The position numbers and the translations under genes are program-made. Below the pieces are notes generated by a model. That model was not told where the DNA came from and did not search any database. It was given only the letters and a program-made list of their open reading frames with translations. Positions 16,717-31,810 of a stretch of 64,000 nt of DNA are shown one piece after another. Source of the stretch: the human T2T-CHM13v2.0 reference genome, Homo sapiens; the NCBI RefSeq assembly GCF_009914755.1, contig NC_060932.1. One strand, 5' to 3'. Numbering within the stretch: position 1 is the first letter of the stretch; each line of letters starts with the position of its first letter.

Positions 16717-18170
16717 GAGTGCAGTACTACACTACGGTTTTACTTTGAATTTTCATGATGTCTAATGATTTTCCTGTGGTTATTGGCAATTTATGTATTT
16801 TCTTTTGTGAGCTATCTGTTCAAATCTTTGCTCATTTTTAAAACTGGGGTTTTGACTTTGATGGGGCCAAGATGGCCCATTAGAAGCAGTGGCAATTGAA
16901 GGCTCCCATCAAAAAGAAACATAACAGAATGCAAATCCTGGACTGGCAACTGAGGTATCCAGGTTCTGTCATCAGAACTGACTAGGCATCTGACATGACC
17001 CATGGAGAAGGGAGGAAGAGCAGTGTGGTGCGGTGGCCCAACTGAGAGCCACACAGGGCTCAGGGGATCCCCCGGCCAGGGGAGGTGGTGAGTGAGCATG
17101 CTACCCAGCCTGGGAAAACATGCTTTTTCCATGGAACTGTGCAACCCACGGATCAGAAGATCCCACTCGCAAGCCCATGCCACAGGGGCCTAGGATCCCA
17201 GCCACGGAGCTGTGCAGATTCTCAACAGCCACCAAGCTAGAATAGGTTTAAACCTGCCCAGCTCCCAGTGGGAGGAGTGAACAGCACCACAGCTGCAGCT
17301 GCCTGCTGTCTAAGCTGTTTGAGCTCCTTGGGGGAGGGGTGACAGTTAACACTGGGACTGATAGCTGCCTAACATACTAAGTTCCCAGGGTCGGGGAGGG
17401 GCAGCAGCCATCTCTATAGCTTCAGGCTGTGCTTTTTTCCTGCTGGAACTAGAAAGGCTGGACAGCATGGTCACAAGAGCTATCCCCCACGGTCCAACAC
17501 ACCGGCTGTGGGAGACTGTGGACAGAGTGCCTCTTCAGGCCTGACCCTGACCCATCCCTCTTCAGTGGGTGGGACTTCCCTGCAGGAACTCCAGTAATTC
17601 CAGCCAGGGGCTCAGGGACAGAACTCTGATCTCTCTGGGCCTGAGCCCCTAGGGGTAAGGGGAGGCGCAGTCTCCAAGGAGCAGCAGACTTAGTCTTTCC
17701 TCCTGCTAGTTCTGAGGAATCCAGGCAGCCCTGATGAGTGGGTTTCCACCCAGCAAAGCACACCCCCTTCACCAAGGGACAGTCAAAGTGCTTTGTTAAA
17801 TGGGTCCTGCTTCCTGTGCCACCCAACTGGATGAGACCCTCCAATGAGTTGTCAGATACCCTATATAGGAGCATTCCTACTGACATAAGGTTGGTGCCCC
17901 TCGAGGTCAGAGATCCCAGAGGAAGAAGGAGGCATCCATCTTTGCTGTTCTCCGGCCTCCTTGAGTGACATCTCCAGGTGCAGGAGTGAACCAGATGAAT
18001 AGGGCGTGAGGTGAACCCCCAGCAAACCACAGCAGTCCTACAGAGAGGGACCTGATCATTGCAAGGAAAACAAAGCAACAACAAACAGCATCAACAAAAA
18101 AGTCCCCACAAAGAAAAACCCATTCCAAGTGTCAGCAGCCTCAAAGATTGATACTAGACAAACTCATGAA

Positions 18171-19140
18171 GATGAGAATCAATGAAAAACTGCTGAAAAT
18201 CCAAAAGGCCAGAGTGCCTTCTCTTCTCCAGATTATTGCAACACCTCTCCAGCAAGGGCACAGAACCAGAGGGAGAATAAGATGGATGAACTGATAGAAG
18301 TAGGCTTCAGAAGGTGTGTAATAACAAACTCTGCTGAGCTAAAGGAGCATGTTCTAACCCATTGCAAAGAAATTAAGAACCTTGATAAAATGTTACAGGA
18401 GCTGCTAACTAGAATAACTAATTTAGAGAGGAACATAAATTACCTGATGGAGCTGAAAAACACAGCATGACCAAGCAGAAGAAAGGATATCAGAGTTTGA
18501 AGACCAATTTGCTGAAATAAGACATGCAGATAAGATTAAAAAAAAAAAAAAAAGGAACAAACAAAACCTCTGAGAAATACGGGACTATGTAAAAAGACCA
18601 AACCTATGATTGATTGGAGCACCTGAAAGAGGAAGAATAGAACTAAGTTGGAAAACATACTTGAGGATATTATCCAGGAGAACTTCCCAACCTAGCAAGA
18701 CAGGCCAACATTAAAATTCAGGAAATACAGAGAATGCCACTAAGATGCTCCATGAGAAGATCAACCCCAAGACCCATAATCATCAGAGTCTCCAAGGTCA
18801 AAACGAAGGAAAAAATGTTAAGGGCAGCCAGAGAGGAAGGCCAGGTCACCTACAAAGGGAAGCCCATCAGACTAACAGCAGACCTCACAGCAGAAACCCT
18901 ACAAGCCAAAAGAGAGTGGGGGCAAATATTCTACATTCTTAAAATAATTTTCAACCCAGAATTTCATATCCAGCCAAACTAATCTTTGTAAGTGAAGGAG
19001 AAATAAAATCCTTTTGAGACAAGCAAATGCTGAGGGATTTCATCACCACCAGGCCTGCCTTGCAAGAGATTCTGAAGGAAGCACAAAATATGGAAAGGAA
19101 AAACTGGTACCAGCCACTGCAAAAACACTCCAAAATATAA
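18171..19140 (+). pseudogene. L1 ORF1p remnant (frameshifts, stops, internal deletion near 18470)
   Basis: Translated fragments include DELIEVGFRR and RRSTPRPIIIRVSKVKTKEKMLRAAREEGQVTYKGKPIRLTADL. Confidence 0.9.
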
Positions 19141-19203
19141 AGACCAATGACACCATGAAGAAACTGCATCAACCAGTGGGCCAAATAACCCGACAGCATC
19201 ATG

Positions 19204-22200
19204 ATGACAGGATCAAATTCACATAGAACAATATTGACCTTAAATGTAGATGAGCTAAATGTCCCAAGTAAAAGACAGACTGGCAAATTGGATAAAGAGT
19301 CAAGACCCGTCAGTGTGCTGTATTCAGGAGACCCATCTCATGTGCAAAGACACATATAGGCTCAAACAGATGGAGGAAAATTTACCAAGCAAATGGAAAT
19401 AAAAAAAAATGCAGGAGTTTTGCAATCCTAGTCTCTGACACAAACCAGACATTAAATCAACAACGATCAAAAAAGACAAAGAAGGGCATTACATAATGGT
19501 AAAGGGATCAATTCAACAAGAAGAGCTAACTATCCTAAATACATATGTACCCAGTACAGGAGCACCCAGATTCATAAAACAAGTTCTTAGAAAGTTCTTA
19601 GAGGACCCACAAAGAGACTTAGAGTCCCACACAATAATAGTGGGAGACTTAAACACTGCACTGCCAATATTAGATCAACGAGGCAGAAAATTAACAAGGA
19701 TCTTCAGGAGTTGAACTCAGCTCTGGATCAAGTGGAACTAATAGACATTTACAGAGCTCTCCACCCCAAATCAACAGAATATACATTCTTCTCAGTGCCA
19801 CATGACACTTATTCTAAAATTGACCACATAATTGGAAGGAAAACACTCCTCAGCAAATACGAAAGAACTGAAATCATAAGTCTGTCAGACCACAGTGCAA
19901 TCAAATTAGAAGTCACGATTAAGAAACTCAAAACCACACAACTACATGGAAATTGAACAACGTGCTCCTGAATGACTCCTGGGTAAATAATGAAATTAAG
20001 ACATAAGAAGTTCTTTGAAATCAATGAGAACAAAGAGACAATGTACCAGAATCTCTGGGACATAGCTAAAGCAGTGTTAAGAGGGAAATCTATAGCATTA
20101 AATGCCCACATCAGAATGCTAGAAAGATCTCAAATTGACACCCTAATTATCACAATTAAAAGAGCTAGAGGAACACAGTAAACGAATCCAAAAGCTAGCA
20201 GAAGGCAAGAAATAACTAAGAGCAGAACTGAAGGAGATAGAGATAGGAAAACCCTTCAAAAAATCAATGAATCCAGGAGCTGCTTTTTGGAAAAATTAAC
20301 AACATAGATTACTAGCTAGACTAATAGAGAAGAATCAAATAGACACAATAAAAAATAATAAAGGGGATATCACAACTGATCCCACAAAATAAAGAGCTCT
20401 ATGCAAATAAACTAGAAAACCTAGAAGAAAGGGATAAATTCCTGGACATGTACACCCACCTGAGACTAAACCAGGAAGAAGTTGAATCCCTGAATAGACC
20501 AATAACAAGTTCCAAAATTGAGGCAGTAATTAATAGCTTGCCAACCAAAAAACACCCAGGAACAGATGGATTCACAGCAGAGTTCTACCAAAGATACAAA
20601 GAAGAGCTGGTACCATTCCTTCTGAAACTATACCAAGCAATTAAAAAGGAGGGACTCCTCCCTAACTCATTTTATGAGGCCAAGTATCATCCTAATACCA
20701 AAACCTGGCAGAGACATAACAACAAAAAACTTCAGGCCAATATCCCTGATGAATGACAGTGTAAAAATCCTCAATAAAATATTAGCAAACTGAATCCAGC
20801 AGCACATCAAAAAGCTTATTCAGTTATCAAGTCAGCTTCAACCCTGGGATGCAAGGCTGGTTCAACATAGGCAAATCAATACACGTAAATCATCATATAA
20901 ACAGAACCAATGACAAAAACCACATGATCATCTCAATAGATGCAGAAAAGGCCTTTGATAAAATTCAACACCACTTCATGTTAAAAGCTGTCAATAAACT
21001 AGGTATTTATGGAACATATCTCAAAATATTAGCCATTTATGACAAACCAATAACCAATATCATACTGAATGGGCAAAAGCTGGAAGCATTCCCTTTGAAA
21101 ACCAGCACAAGACAAGGATATGTTCTCTCTCACCACTCCTATTCACTATAGTAGTGGAAGTTCTGGCTAGGGCAACAGGCAAGAGAAAGAAAGGATATTC
21201 AAATAGGAAGAAAGGAAGTCAAATTCTGTCTCTTTGCAGATGACATGATTCTTTATTTAGAAAACCCCATCATCTCAGCCCAAAAACTCCTTAAGTGGAT
21301 AAGCAACTTCAGCAAAGTCTCAGTATACAAAATCAATGTGCAAAAAACACAATTTCTATGCACCAACAATAGACAAGCAGACAGCCAAATCATGAGTGAA
21401 CCCCCATTCACAACTGCTACAAAGAGAATAAAATACATAGGAATAGAACTTGAAAGGGGATGTGAAATATCTCTTCAAGGAGAACTACAAACCACTGCTC
21501 AAGGAAATAAGAGAGGACACAAACAAATGGAAAAACATTCCATGCTCACAGGTAGGAAGAATCAATATCGTGAGAATGGCCATACTGCCCAAAGTAATTT
21601 ATAGATTCAATGCTATTCCCATCAAATTACCATTGACATTCTTCACAGAATTAGAAAAAACCAGTTTAAATTTCATATGGAACCAAGAAAGAGCCCATAT
21701 AGCCAAGATAATCCTAAGCAAAAAGAACAAAAATGGAGACATCATTCTGCTCGATTTCAAACTACACTGCAAGGCTACAGTTATCAAAACAGCATGGTAT
21801 TGGTACCAAAACAGACATATAGACCAATGGAACAGAATAGAGACCTCAGAAATAACACCACACATCTACAACCATCTGATCTTTGAGAAACCAGAAAAAG
21901 GCAATGAGGAAAGGATTCCCTATTTAATAAATGGTGCTGGGAAAACTGGTTAGCCATATTAAGGAAATTGAAACTGGACCCCTTCCTCACATCTTATACA
22001 AAAATTAACTCAAGATGGAGTAAAGACTTAAATGTAAAACCCCAAACCATAAAAACCCTAGAAGAAAACCTAGGCAATACCATTCTGGACATGGGTGTAG
22101 GCAAAGACTTCATGACAAAAACACCAAAGGCAATGGCAACAATGGCCAAAATTGACAAATGGGATCTAATTAAAGAGCTTCTTCACAGCAAAATAAACTA

Positions 22201-22922
22201 TCATCAGAGTGAATAGGCAACCTACAGAATGGAAGAAAATTTTTGCAAGCTACCTGTCTGACAAAGGTCTAATATCCAGAATCTACAAGGAACTTAAATT
22301 TACAAGAAAAGAACAACCCCATCAAAAAGTAGGCAAAGGATATGAACAGACACTTCTCAAAAGAAGACATTTATGCTGCCAACAACATATGAAATCTCAT
22401 CATCACTGATAGAGAAATGCAAGTCAAAACCACAATGAGATAACATTTCATGCCAGTCAGAATGGTGATTATTAAAAAGTCAAGAAACAACAGATGCTAG
22501 TGAGGCTGTGGGGAAATAGGAATGCTTTTACACTGTTGGTGGGAATATAAATTGGTTCAACCATTACAGAAGACAGTGTGGAAATTCCTCAAGGATCTAG
22601 AACCAGAAATACCATTTGACCCAGCAATCCCATTTCCTGGGTCAAAGGAAAATAAGTCATTCTACTGTAAAGACACATGCACACGTATGTTAATTGCAGG
22701 ACTATTTACAATAGCAAAAACATGGAATCAACCCAAATGCTGATCAATGATAGACTGAATAAAGAAAATGTGGTACATATACACCAATAAATACTATGCA
22801 GCCATAAAAAGGAATGAGATCATGTCCTTTGCAGGGACATGGATGGAGCTGGAAGCCATCATCCTCAGGTAACTAACACAGGAACAGAAAACCGCATGTT
22901 CTCACTCACAAGTGGGAGCTGA
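19204..22922 (+). pseudogene. L1 ORF2p (endonuclease/reverse transcriptase) remnant, multiply disrupted
   Basis: Translated fragments include [40 protein letters not shown] (about 21230), [17 protein letters not shown] and LLHCWWE. Confidence 0.92.
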
Positions 22923-25900
22923 ACAATGAGAACACATGGACAGAGGGAGAGGAACAACACACACTGGGGCCAATCGACGGGTGGGAGACAAGGGGAGGGA
23001 GAGCCTTAGGACAAATAGCTAATGCATGCGGGACTTAAAACCTAGATAATGAGTTGATAGGTGCAGGAAACCATGATGGTACACATATACCTGTGCAACA
23101 AACCTGCATGTTCTGCACTTGTATCCTGGAACTTAAAGTAGAATAAAAAATAAAATAAAATTGGGGTTTGTCTTTTTTTTTTTTTCTGAGTTGCAAGAGT
23201 TCTTTGTATTTTCTGGCTAAAAGTTCTTTGTCAGACATATGCATTAACAAATTTTATACCAACTTCTGGCTTGTTTGTATTTTTTTTAACAATACCTTTG
23301 ACAAAGTAGATGTTTTAAATTTTGATAAACACATTTAATTTTTTTATAATGTGGGCTTTTGTATCCTATCTAAAAATCTTTGTCTACTTCCAATGTTGCA
23401 AAGAATTTTTTATCTGTGTTTTCTTCTAAAGTTTTGCAATTTTAGCCTTTACATCTAACTCTATGTTCCATCTTAAGGTAATTTCTACACATGCAGTAAA
23501 GGAAGGATCAAAGTTATTTATGCATTTTTTTTTCATATGGATATTTAGTTGTTCTAGCACCATTTGTTAGAAACTCTTTTTTCCACATTAAATACCCTGG
23601 GGTGTTTTTGGCCATAAATTAACAAATATATATGGATCTATTTCTGTACTCTATTTTCTTGATTTATGTTTATTCATTTCTAATGTCACATTCTCTTCAC
23701 TACTTAACTTTATAATAATTATTGAAATTAGGTAGCATGATTACTTTATCTTTGTTCTTTTTCAAAATTAATTTGGATATTCCAGGTTTTTTGGATGTGC
23801 AAGTAAACTTAGAATCTATTTATTTTTAATTTTCGTGGGTACATAGTAGTTGTATATATATTTATTGGGTACATGGGATGTTTTGATACAGGCATGCAAT
23901 GTGTAATAATAACTTCATGGGCAAGAGGGTATCCACCCCTCAAGCATTTATCCTTTGAGTTACAAACAAACCAATTATAGTCTTATTCAAAATTTACCTA
24001 AAATACATAATTTATTTAAAATACAATTAAGTTATTGACTATATTCCCCTGTTGTACTATCAAATAGTAGATCTTATTCTTTCTGTTTTTTTGGTACCCA
24101 TTCAATTTATTAGTATCTTCAAAAAGCTTGCTGGAATTTTTATTGAGGTTATTAATTTGAGTAGATTTGACATCTCAAAATACTGTGTCTTATGAACCAT
24201 GAGCATATTATATCCTTCTATTTATATAGAGCTTCTTGAATTTCTCTCATAAATATCTTAGAGTTTTCAGTAAAATGGTTTGGTACACATTTTGTTAAAT
24301 TTCATATAATTTCATTGTTTTTCTACTGTTTTAAATGGTGTTGCTTTACATTTTAATTTCCAAAATTGTTCTCTGTTAGTATAGAGTTAGTATATGCTAT
24401 ATATACACTAACTCTAGTTAGTATATAGTAAGAGAGTTTCCTTGATCTTATATTCCTAAGTCTTGCTGAATTATTAGTTCTAGTAGCACTTTTTATGGAT
24501 TCTTTAGGATTTTCTGTGTACAACTAAGTCTTCTACAAAGAAAGACACTTTTACTTCTTCCCTTACCATCTTATGCTTTTAGATACCTTTCTTTTCTTAT
24601 TGCACCATTTCATGCTCTTAGTACATTACAAACTACAAAGAGTGAGAGTGAACATCCCTCTTTTTTGTAAAGTCTTAGAACAAAAATCATTTTTTTATGT
24701 TGCAGATTTTTTGCATGTATCTTTGATTAAGGTGAACAAGGTCGTTTCTGCTGCTGTTATTCTGAGAGTTTAACCATGATTACATGTTAATTTCTGTTTC
24801 ATGCCTTTTCTGCTATTTTAAAATGGTTATACATGTTTTTATTTTATCAGTATAATGAATTGATTCTTTGAATGTTAACCAATTTAATATTCAATCCACT
24901 CACATTGTATTATCATGCTTCTATTTCTGGATTCAATTAGCTATAATTTTGATAAATATCTTTATGTTTGTGAAAAATATTCGTCTATAGTTTTTGGATT
25001 GTCTGTTAACTTGATTAAATTGTCTGTTTTTATTTGACTTTTTTAAAAAAAATTAGGGTAATGCCTCATAAAATGCGTCAGGGAGTGTTTTCTTCTCTAC
25101 TATTTTCTAAGAGACTTTATGTAGGAATATATTGATATTAAATTTTCCCCTTAAATATTTGATGTAATTCAACAGTTAAGACATTACAGTCTGGATTTTT
25201 TATTATAAAGATGTTTTAAGTTACCAATTCATTTTAATACTTGAAAGCCTATTTATATTTTCTGTTTCTTATATCAATGAATTTATCAACTTTACCTTAG
25301 TTACACAATTAAATAGCAAAAAATTATTCACAATATTACTTTAAAAATATCTATAAGGTCTATATTGAATTTTTTCATTTGTGATACTTATTATCTCCTG
25401 ACATCTCTTCTTTCAGTTTCAGTCTACATGAAAGTTTCTCAATTACAGCTGACCCTTGAACAATGCAGGGGTTTTTATGGCTGTTATTTGGTATATTTTT
25501 CTCAATTCTTTTGCTTTGAAAATATCCAAGACTTTAGGTGTAAGAAACATTTTTGCAGATAGTAAGTACTTGAATCTTTTTTAAAAAATTCAGTCTGACA
25601 TTCTCTGTGTTTTAATCAATGTATTTTAGACTATTCACATTTAAAGTGATTGGTAACACAGTTCAATTAATGTCCGCCATGTTTTAATGGTTTTCTGTTC
25701 ATTGCATTTATTCTTTATATTTCCTCTTTTTCTGCCTTCTCTGCTATTATTTTACATTATTTCATCTCCTTTCCTAGCTTATCTTTTATCCTTAAAAATA
25801 ATTTTTAGTGAGTTTTTCCCTCTGTTTTATAACACATATTTTAAACTAATTTAGATCCATTTTTAGGAAATACAATACTGTTTGACATGTAGTATAGGTA

Positions 25901-28299
25901 GCTTAGAACAGAATTACCGCAATCTCTTTCTCCCATCCTTTGTGATATTATTTTCACTTATTTATCTATGTTTTAATCACCTAGTACATTGTTACAATTC
26001 TTCAAACCGTTATGTTTTAGATCAATTTACAATAAGAAAATTAAAAATTCTATTTTACCTTTATTTCTTTTTCTTTTATGTGGACTCAATATCTAATCCA
26101 TATAATTTTTCTTCTACCTCAAAAACTTGTTTTAACATTTCTTACAAGGTACATGTGTAGGAAATGATTTATCTCAGATATTATTTGTCTGAAAAAATAT
26201 TTTTCCTTCACTTTTGATGATATTACTCAACATTTTGATGAGTAATTTTGCTAGATCTAGAAGTTTAGGTTGCTGGCTTTAAAAATATTTTAAATATTTT
26301 ACCCATTTTTTTCTTGCTTGCATGAAAAGTCTACCATAATTTTTTCTTTGTTCTGTAGGTAAGTTACTTGGAGAGTAGAACTTCATAATGGGGAAGGGAC
26401 TGGGTATATTTTATAGTGATTACTCTTCCCTTCTCTTTGTGAGAGCCATAAGGAGATCTTTCTGGTAGTGTTCCCGAAAGTAAAGCCCATGAATGTGGAA
26501 GGTCTCCTAACACTGCATTCCCTAGGAATTTCTAACTTGTAACACTAATTCACATGTAAACTCCAGCAACTTGTCAATTTAAGGGTTGATAGCTCCAGCA
26601 TCTTCTGCCATGTGTAAGAAGACAGCACATGTGCCTGTCGTTTTTGAAATTGAGGTGATAGTTTCCCTGCAACCTCAGGTCTCTAATGGGTTCAAGAAAA
26701 GTCATTGCTTTTCATTGAGTGCAACATGTTCTTATTGTAAAGACAGCAATGGTGACTTCTAAGGGCTCTATTTGTTGATGTTGATTCATTGGCTTTCATA
26801 ATGAGTCAATGCTTCTGCTGCTATTCACAAGCTTGGGGGATTGTGAGATGCTCCTCTTTCTTGAGTATCCCATGTAATTTTTATTGTTGTACTTTTCCTA
26901 TTATTTCTAAGATAATCTCTCTAGCTTTTCTTTTAACCCATAAATACAATTTCTGCCATGATTAATTAGCTTTTAATTGTCCTGATTATACTTTTGAAAT
27001 AAAGCGTTCTTAGTTTTTGTTAAATTTCCAAATAAGTTTGTTGATCTCACAATCTTTCAATTGTCTCCATCTACTTAGAATTTTAATCCTTTCTTGAATT
27101 TCTTTACAAAAATTAAAGTTGTATTACATGTTATCATGTTTGAAAGCAACTATTTAATAAAAGAAATACTAGTTCTAACATTTCAGAGTGGTCTTTTAGT
27201 TAAAAATGCAACATTTTTTATTATCCTTGTCTCATCCTGACAAAGGAGGGTAAAAGCTAGTCTAAACTTATTGAGAGAACTCTGTCAGAGTATGTGATTC
27301 ATTATTGGAATGTGTCACATCTAAACTTTTTTTTTTAATTTGCTGGGATATAGGTTCAACTGATTATAGAGTAGTAAAGAAGCTTTAATTAGCAATATTC
27401 AAGAATGAATCTTTATCTCCGGGATGACGTATTCTTTAATGTGTTTGTAATGGCAACCTTGTTTAAATGCCAGGAGTGCTCTTGTTAGGAGATAGCCATG
27501 CCACCCACTTATCATATTTCACAAGCAGCCTATTTCATAACCTACAGGAAGCTAGATGTATCCTAAGAGTAGGAATTTTGCTTAGTCAAAACTCTGACAC
27601 TTTTTAAAGACCTTAGAAATACCAACATTTACCAAAAACAACCATCCCATAAATTTATCAATCTAAATTGAGGGAAGCAAAGATGTTATGCTGGCAATTT
27701 ATTTCATTTATTTTCCCAGTGTATGTTTAATCCTCACTTATGATTAATCTGAGATTGGCCAAGGGAGTAATGTCAGGAAAATGGTGGGGTAAGAGACACC
27801 ACTCTTTATTCCCTCACACACAAAAAACAATTACACATCTGTTGACCAATGGAAATAGCCTTGGGAGGGTTCAAGTAAAAACTTGTAGTGGAGGAAAAAA
27901 CAGAATAACTGCACAGAAATGATTTTTGGGAAGATTGGCATACCTGAAACACCTGGCAATGGCTAGGAACAAAGAAGAAAGATGGGGGCTATGGTTATCA
28001 AGCAGGCAACGAATGCCACCATGGTCTCCAGCGGCCTTCTCTGCCAAGGACACTGGAAGCTTTCACTGAGGTAGCCAACAGCCATCACTGTTGCAACATA
28101 CTGGATAGGGAGATGCTACTGTGCCCCCACTCCAAGAAAAATCCACTGTTGGACCACCACCAATCCCCAACCCTGTGTGTGCCTAGGACTTCATGGCTTC
28201 TCCATGTGTCTATGCTCCGCATCCCTGTTCTGTGGCACACATGTACTTGTGCCTCAGACAATGAAGCCACCACTGCTGTGGAATAACACTGCTCCAGGC

Positions 28300-28599
<300 letters not shown>

Positions 28600-30112
28600 C
28601 ACTCCAGACTCTTGAGGTGTGATTTCTATGTACATGCCTGTGCTGCAGACCCTAGCTCTGCCACTGCTACATAAGCACCTATGCCTTGAGCATCTTAGCC
28701 ACATCCACAGTGAGCTAGACTGCACTGCAGGCCCTGGAGCCATAGTCTCTTTGCATGCAACTGCAGTCCAGGCCCCAGCTGTCTTCTCATTTCATGAATG
28801 CTCATGTCTCAGATATGAGAGCCACTGCCACAGTGAGCTACCCTGAACCCTGGACCCTAGAGCCACACCACAGACATTAGAGCCACCAACACAGTGAGCT
28901 AGCCTGCACCCTAGACCCTAAATCGACTGTCACTCTGCATGTGCTTGCTCCCCAGACTCTGGCTCTGTTGCTACTATATGAGGCCTTATACTGCAAACAC
29001 GGAACTATTGCTGCAGCAAATGTCTGTGGCTTAGTCCCCAGAGCAGCAATAAGCTTGCATATACTCCATGCTGGACCCTGGCTCTGCAACTGGTCCACAA
29101 ACACCCATACCTCTCACTGTTACAAATGTGGCAGTGGAAGTGCTTGCAACCCAGGCCCTTGTGCCTCTACTGCCCCAAATCCAGTAGCCACAGTTTTTCC
29201 ACACATGCCCATGGTCCAGACCCAGGCTATGGCCACTATACAGGCACCACAGATCAGACACTAGTGCCGCTCCAACTGCCAAGGTACCCACAAGGCAGAT
29301 CTGGTGCTAAGAGGGGTCCCCTGAGCCACAACTTCTCCATGGAAGAAAGAGATCAGGAGAACTTCAGCAGTCTTCATCACCAAAAATCCCAACAGCTCTC
29401 ACTACTAATGCAGACACTCATGGTTTTGGCTACTCACAATCCCTGCAAATCTTTGCTGACAACAATCACAGGTGACAGAGCTACACGAAGGCTACATCAC
29501 TGCACATTTACTCAAGCTGAAAATCACTGCACCTCACTCAGCCAGCCCCTTCACATCCACCCATAGATGAACATTTTTACCCACTAACACCGGCCTATAA
29601 AGTCTAGAAGACATCTATATTCTAGAAAATCAAACATCATTATAGAATGATAAAAAGATATATTCATCAAGAGGACTTAACAATTATAAACAACAGTTAT
29701 TAAGTTGTTTCAATGTTGGATATATAATGCATCCAACATCAGAACACCAAAATATATACAGGAATATTCATAAATGTGAAGGAGGAGATGGACAACAACA
29801 CAAAAGTAGGATCATCAGCACCACACTTTCAACAATGGACAGATTATCCAGGTGAAAATCAATAAGGAAACATTGGACTTGAACTACACCTCGGATGAAA
29901 TCTAATAGGTATATCCAGAACATTTCACCCAACAGCAGCAGAAGATACATTCTTTTCAAGGGCACAGAGAAGTTCTCTAGGATAGGTTGTATATTAATCC
30001 ATAAACAAGTAAAAATTTAAAGAAAACCGAATCATATCAATTATCTTTTTCACCCACAATGACATGAATCTAGAAATCAATAACAGGAGGAAAACAGGAA
30101 AACTTATAAATA

Positions 30113-30314
30113 CAGTAAGTACTTATTTAACAGCATTGATAGGTTCTCGGAAATTGTAACTTTAAGTGAAATGACTTAATGTATGCCATAGGAACTTAAC
30201 TCCTATTTATATCAATTAGCCCATGGTAAAATTGGTTTTGTTATACAGGTCATCATTTCAATTAAATTCATGATTTCCAAGAACCAATCAACAATGTTAA
30301 ATGTGGACTTACTG
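30113..30314. mobile_element. TcMar-Tigger MITE (MER82-like)
   Basis: Terminal inverted repeats cagtaagt...acttactg with TA TSDs at 30111-30112 and 30315-30316. Confidence 0.8.
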
Positions 30315-31435
30315 TATATGGAAACTAAACAACACATTTTGAACAACGAATGGGTCAGGGAAGATATCAAAGGGAAATTTGACAATATCATGAGACAAAT
30401 GAAAATGGAAACACAATGTTCTTAACCTCATGTGATGCCAGAAAAGTAGTTCTGAGAGGGGAGTTTGTAGTGATAAATTCATAGATGAAAAAAAGATCTC
30501 ACATAAAAAACCTAATGTTACACCCCTAAGTACTAGAAAAAGAACAATCTAAGCCCAAACTTAGCAGAAGGAAGAAAATAGCAAAGAGCAGAAATAAGAG
30601 TCTGGCGTTACAATGAAAAGATCGAGAAAATTAAGAATTGGTTTTCAGAAAGGTAAAATTGACAAACCTTTTGCTAGACTGAAAGAGAAAATACTCAAAA
30701 TCAGAAACAGAAGGAGGCATTACAACTGATATTACAATTATACAAAGGATCATAAGAGATCACTATAAACAATTATATGACAACAAAGTAGACAATCGAG
30801 AAGAAATAAATTTTAGACACATACAAACTACCAAGACTGAATCAGGAAGAAATAGAAATAGAAAATATAGGAAAATAGAAAAATAGGAAGAAGTAGAAAA
30901 TCCGAACAGACTAATAGTGAGTAAGGAGATTGAATGTCATTAAAAAAAAAATTCCCAACAAAGAAAAGTACAAGACCAAATGGCTTCACTGGCAAATTCT
31001 ACCAACCATTTAAAGAAGAACTAATAGGAATTCTACTCAAAATATTCTAAAACATTGAAGAGGAGAAAACATTTCCAAACTCATTCTATGAGAACACAAC
31101 AATAAAAAACTACAGGCCAATATTCCTGATAAACAGATGCAAAATTCCTCAACAAAATACTAGCAAACTCCACCAGTACATTAAAATTATACACGATGAT
31201 CAAGTGAGATCTATACCTGGGATAGAAGAATGGTTCAACATATGCTAATCAATAAATGTGATACATCACATTAATGGAAGGAAGGATAAAAATCATGATC
31301 ATCATAGGTATAGAAACAACATTTGACAAAATCCAACATCCTTTTATGACAAACTACCAACGAATTAAGTTTAAAAAGAATGTGCTTCAACATAATAAAA
31401 GCTATATATTGCAAGCTCACAGCTAACATCATACT

Positions 31436-31810
31436 TGTATTATTCTGTTTATACTGCTATAACAAAACATCTGAGACTGGATAATTTATAAACAATAATA
31501 ATTTATTTTCTCACAGTTCCAGAGGCTGGGAAGACCAAGTCTAAGTCACTAGTACTTGGTGTCTGGTGAGGACCTTCTTGCTGTGCCCTCATATGGCAGA
31601 AGAGGCAAATCCTGTGTCCTCACATGGCAGAAGGAGGAAGAACAAAAAGGGCTGAACACTCGTGAACCTTCTTTTATAAGGGCACTAATCATGAGGGACA
31701 AGTCATCATGACCTAATCAACTTCTAAAGCACCCACCTCTTACTATTGTGCTTTGGAGATTAAGTTTCAGCATAAATTTTGGAGGGCACACAAACATTCC
31801 AATCGTAACT
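31436..31810 (-). mobile_element. MaLR solo LTR (MSTC/MSTD-like)
   Basis: tgtattattctgtt...ctcacagttccagaggctgggaag...cctcacatggcagaagg. 5-bp TSD atact at 31431 and 31811. Confidence 0.85.

Larger units (their letters stand above)
16860..23160 (+). mobile_element. Full-length decayed LINE-1 (L1PA8-L1PA10-like)
   Basis: The 5'UTR begins ggccaagatggcc, followed by ORF1 and ORF2 remnants and a 3'UTR ending ...aacttaaagtagaataaaaaataaaataaaa. Imperfect TSD aaaa(c/t)tggggttt(t)g(a/t)cttt at about 16840-16859 and 23157-23175. Confidence 0.95.

Noticed and set aside
16860-23160. Active LINE-1
   Set aside because: Both ORFs are broken by many stops and frameshifts.
29126-29566. 146-aa ORF
   Set aside because: It lies in the repeat-rich L1M 5'UTR and has no recognisable domain.
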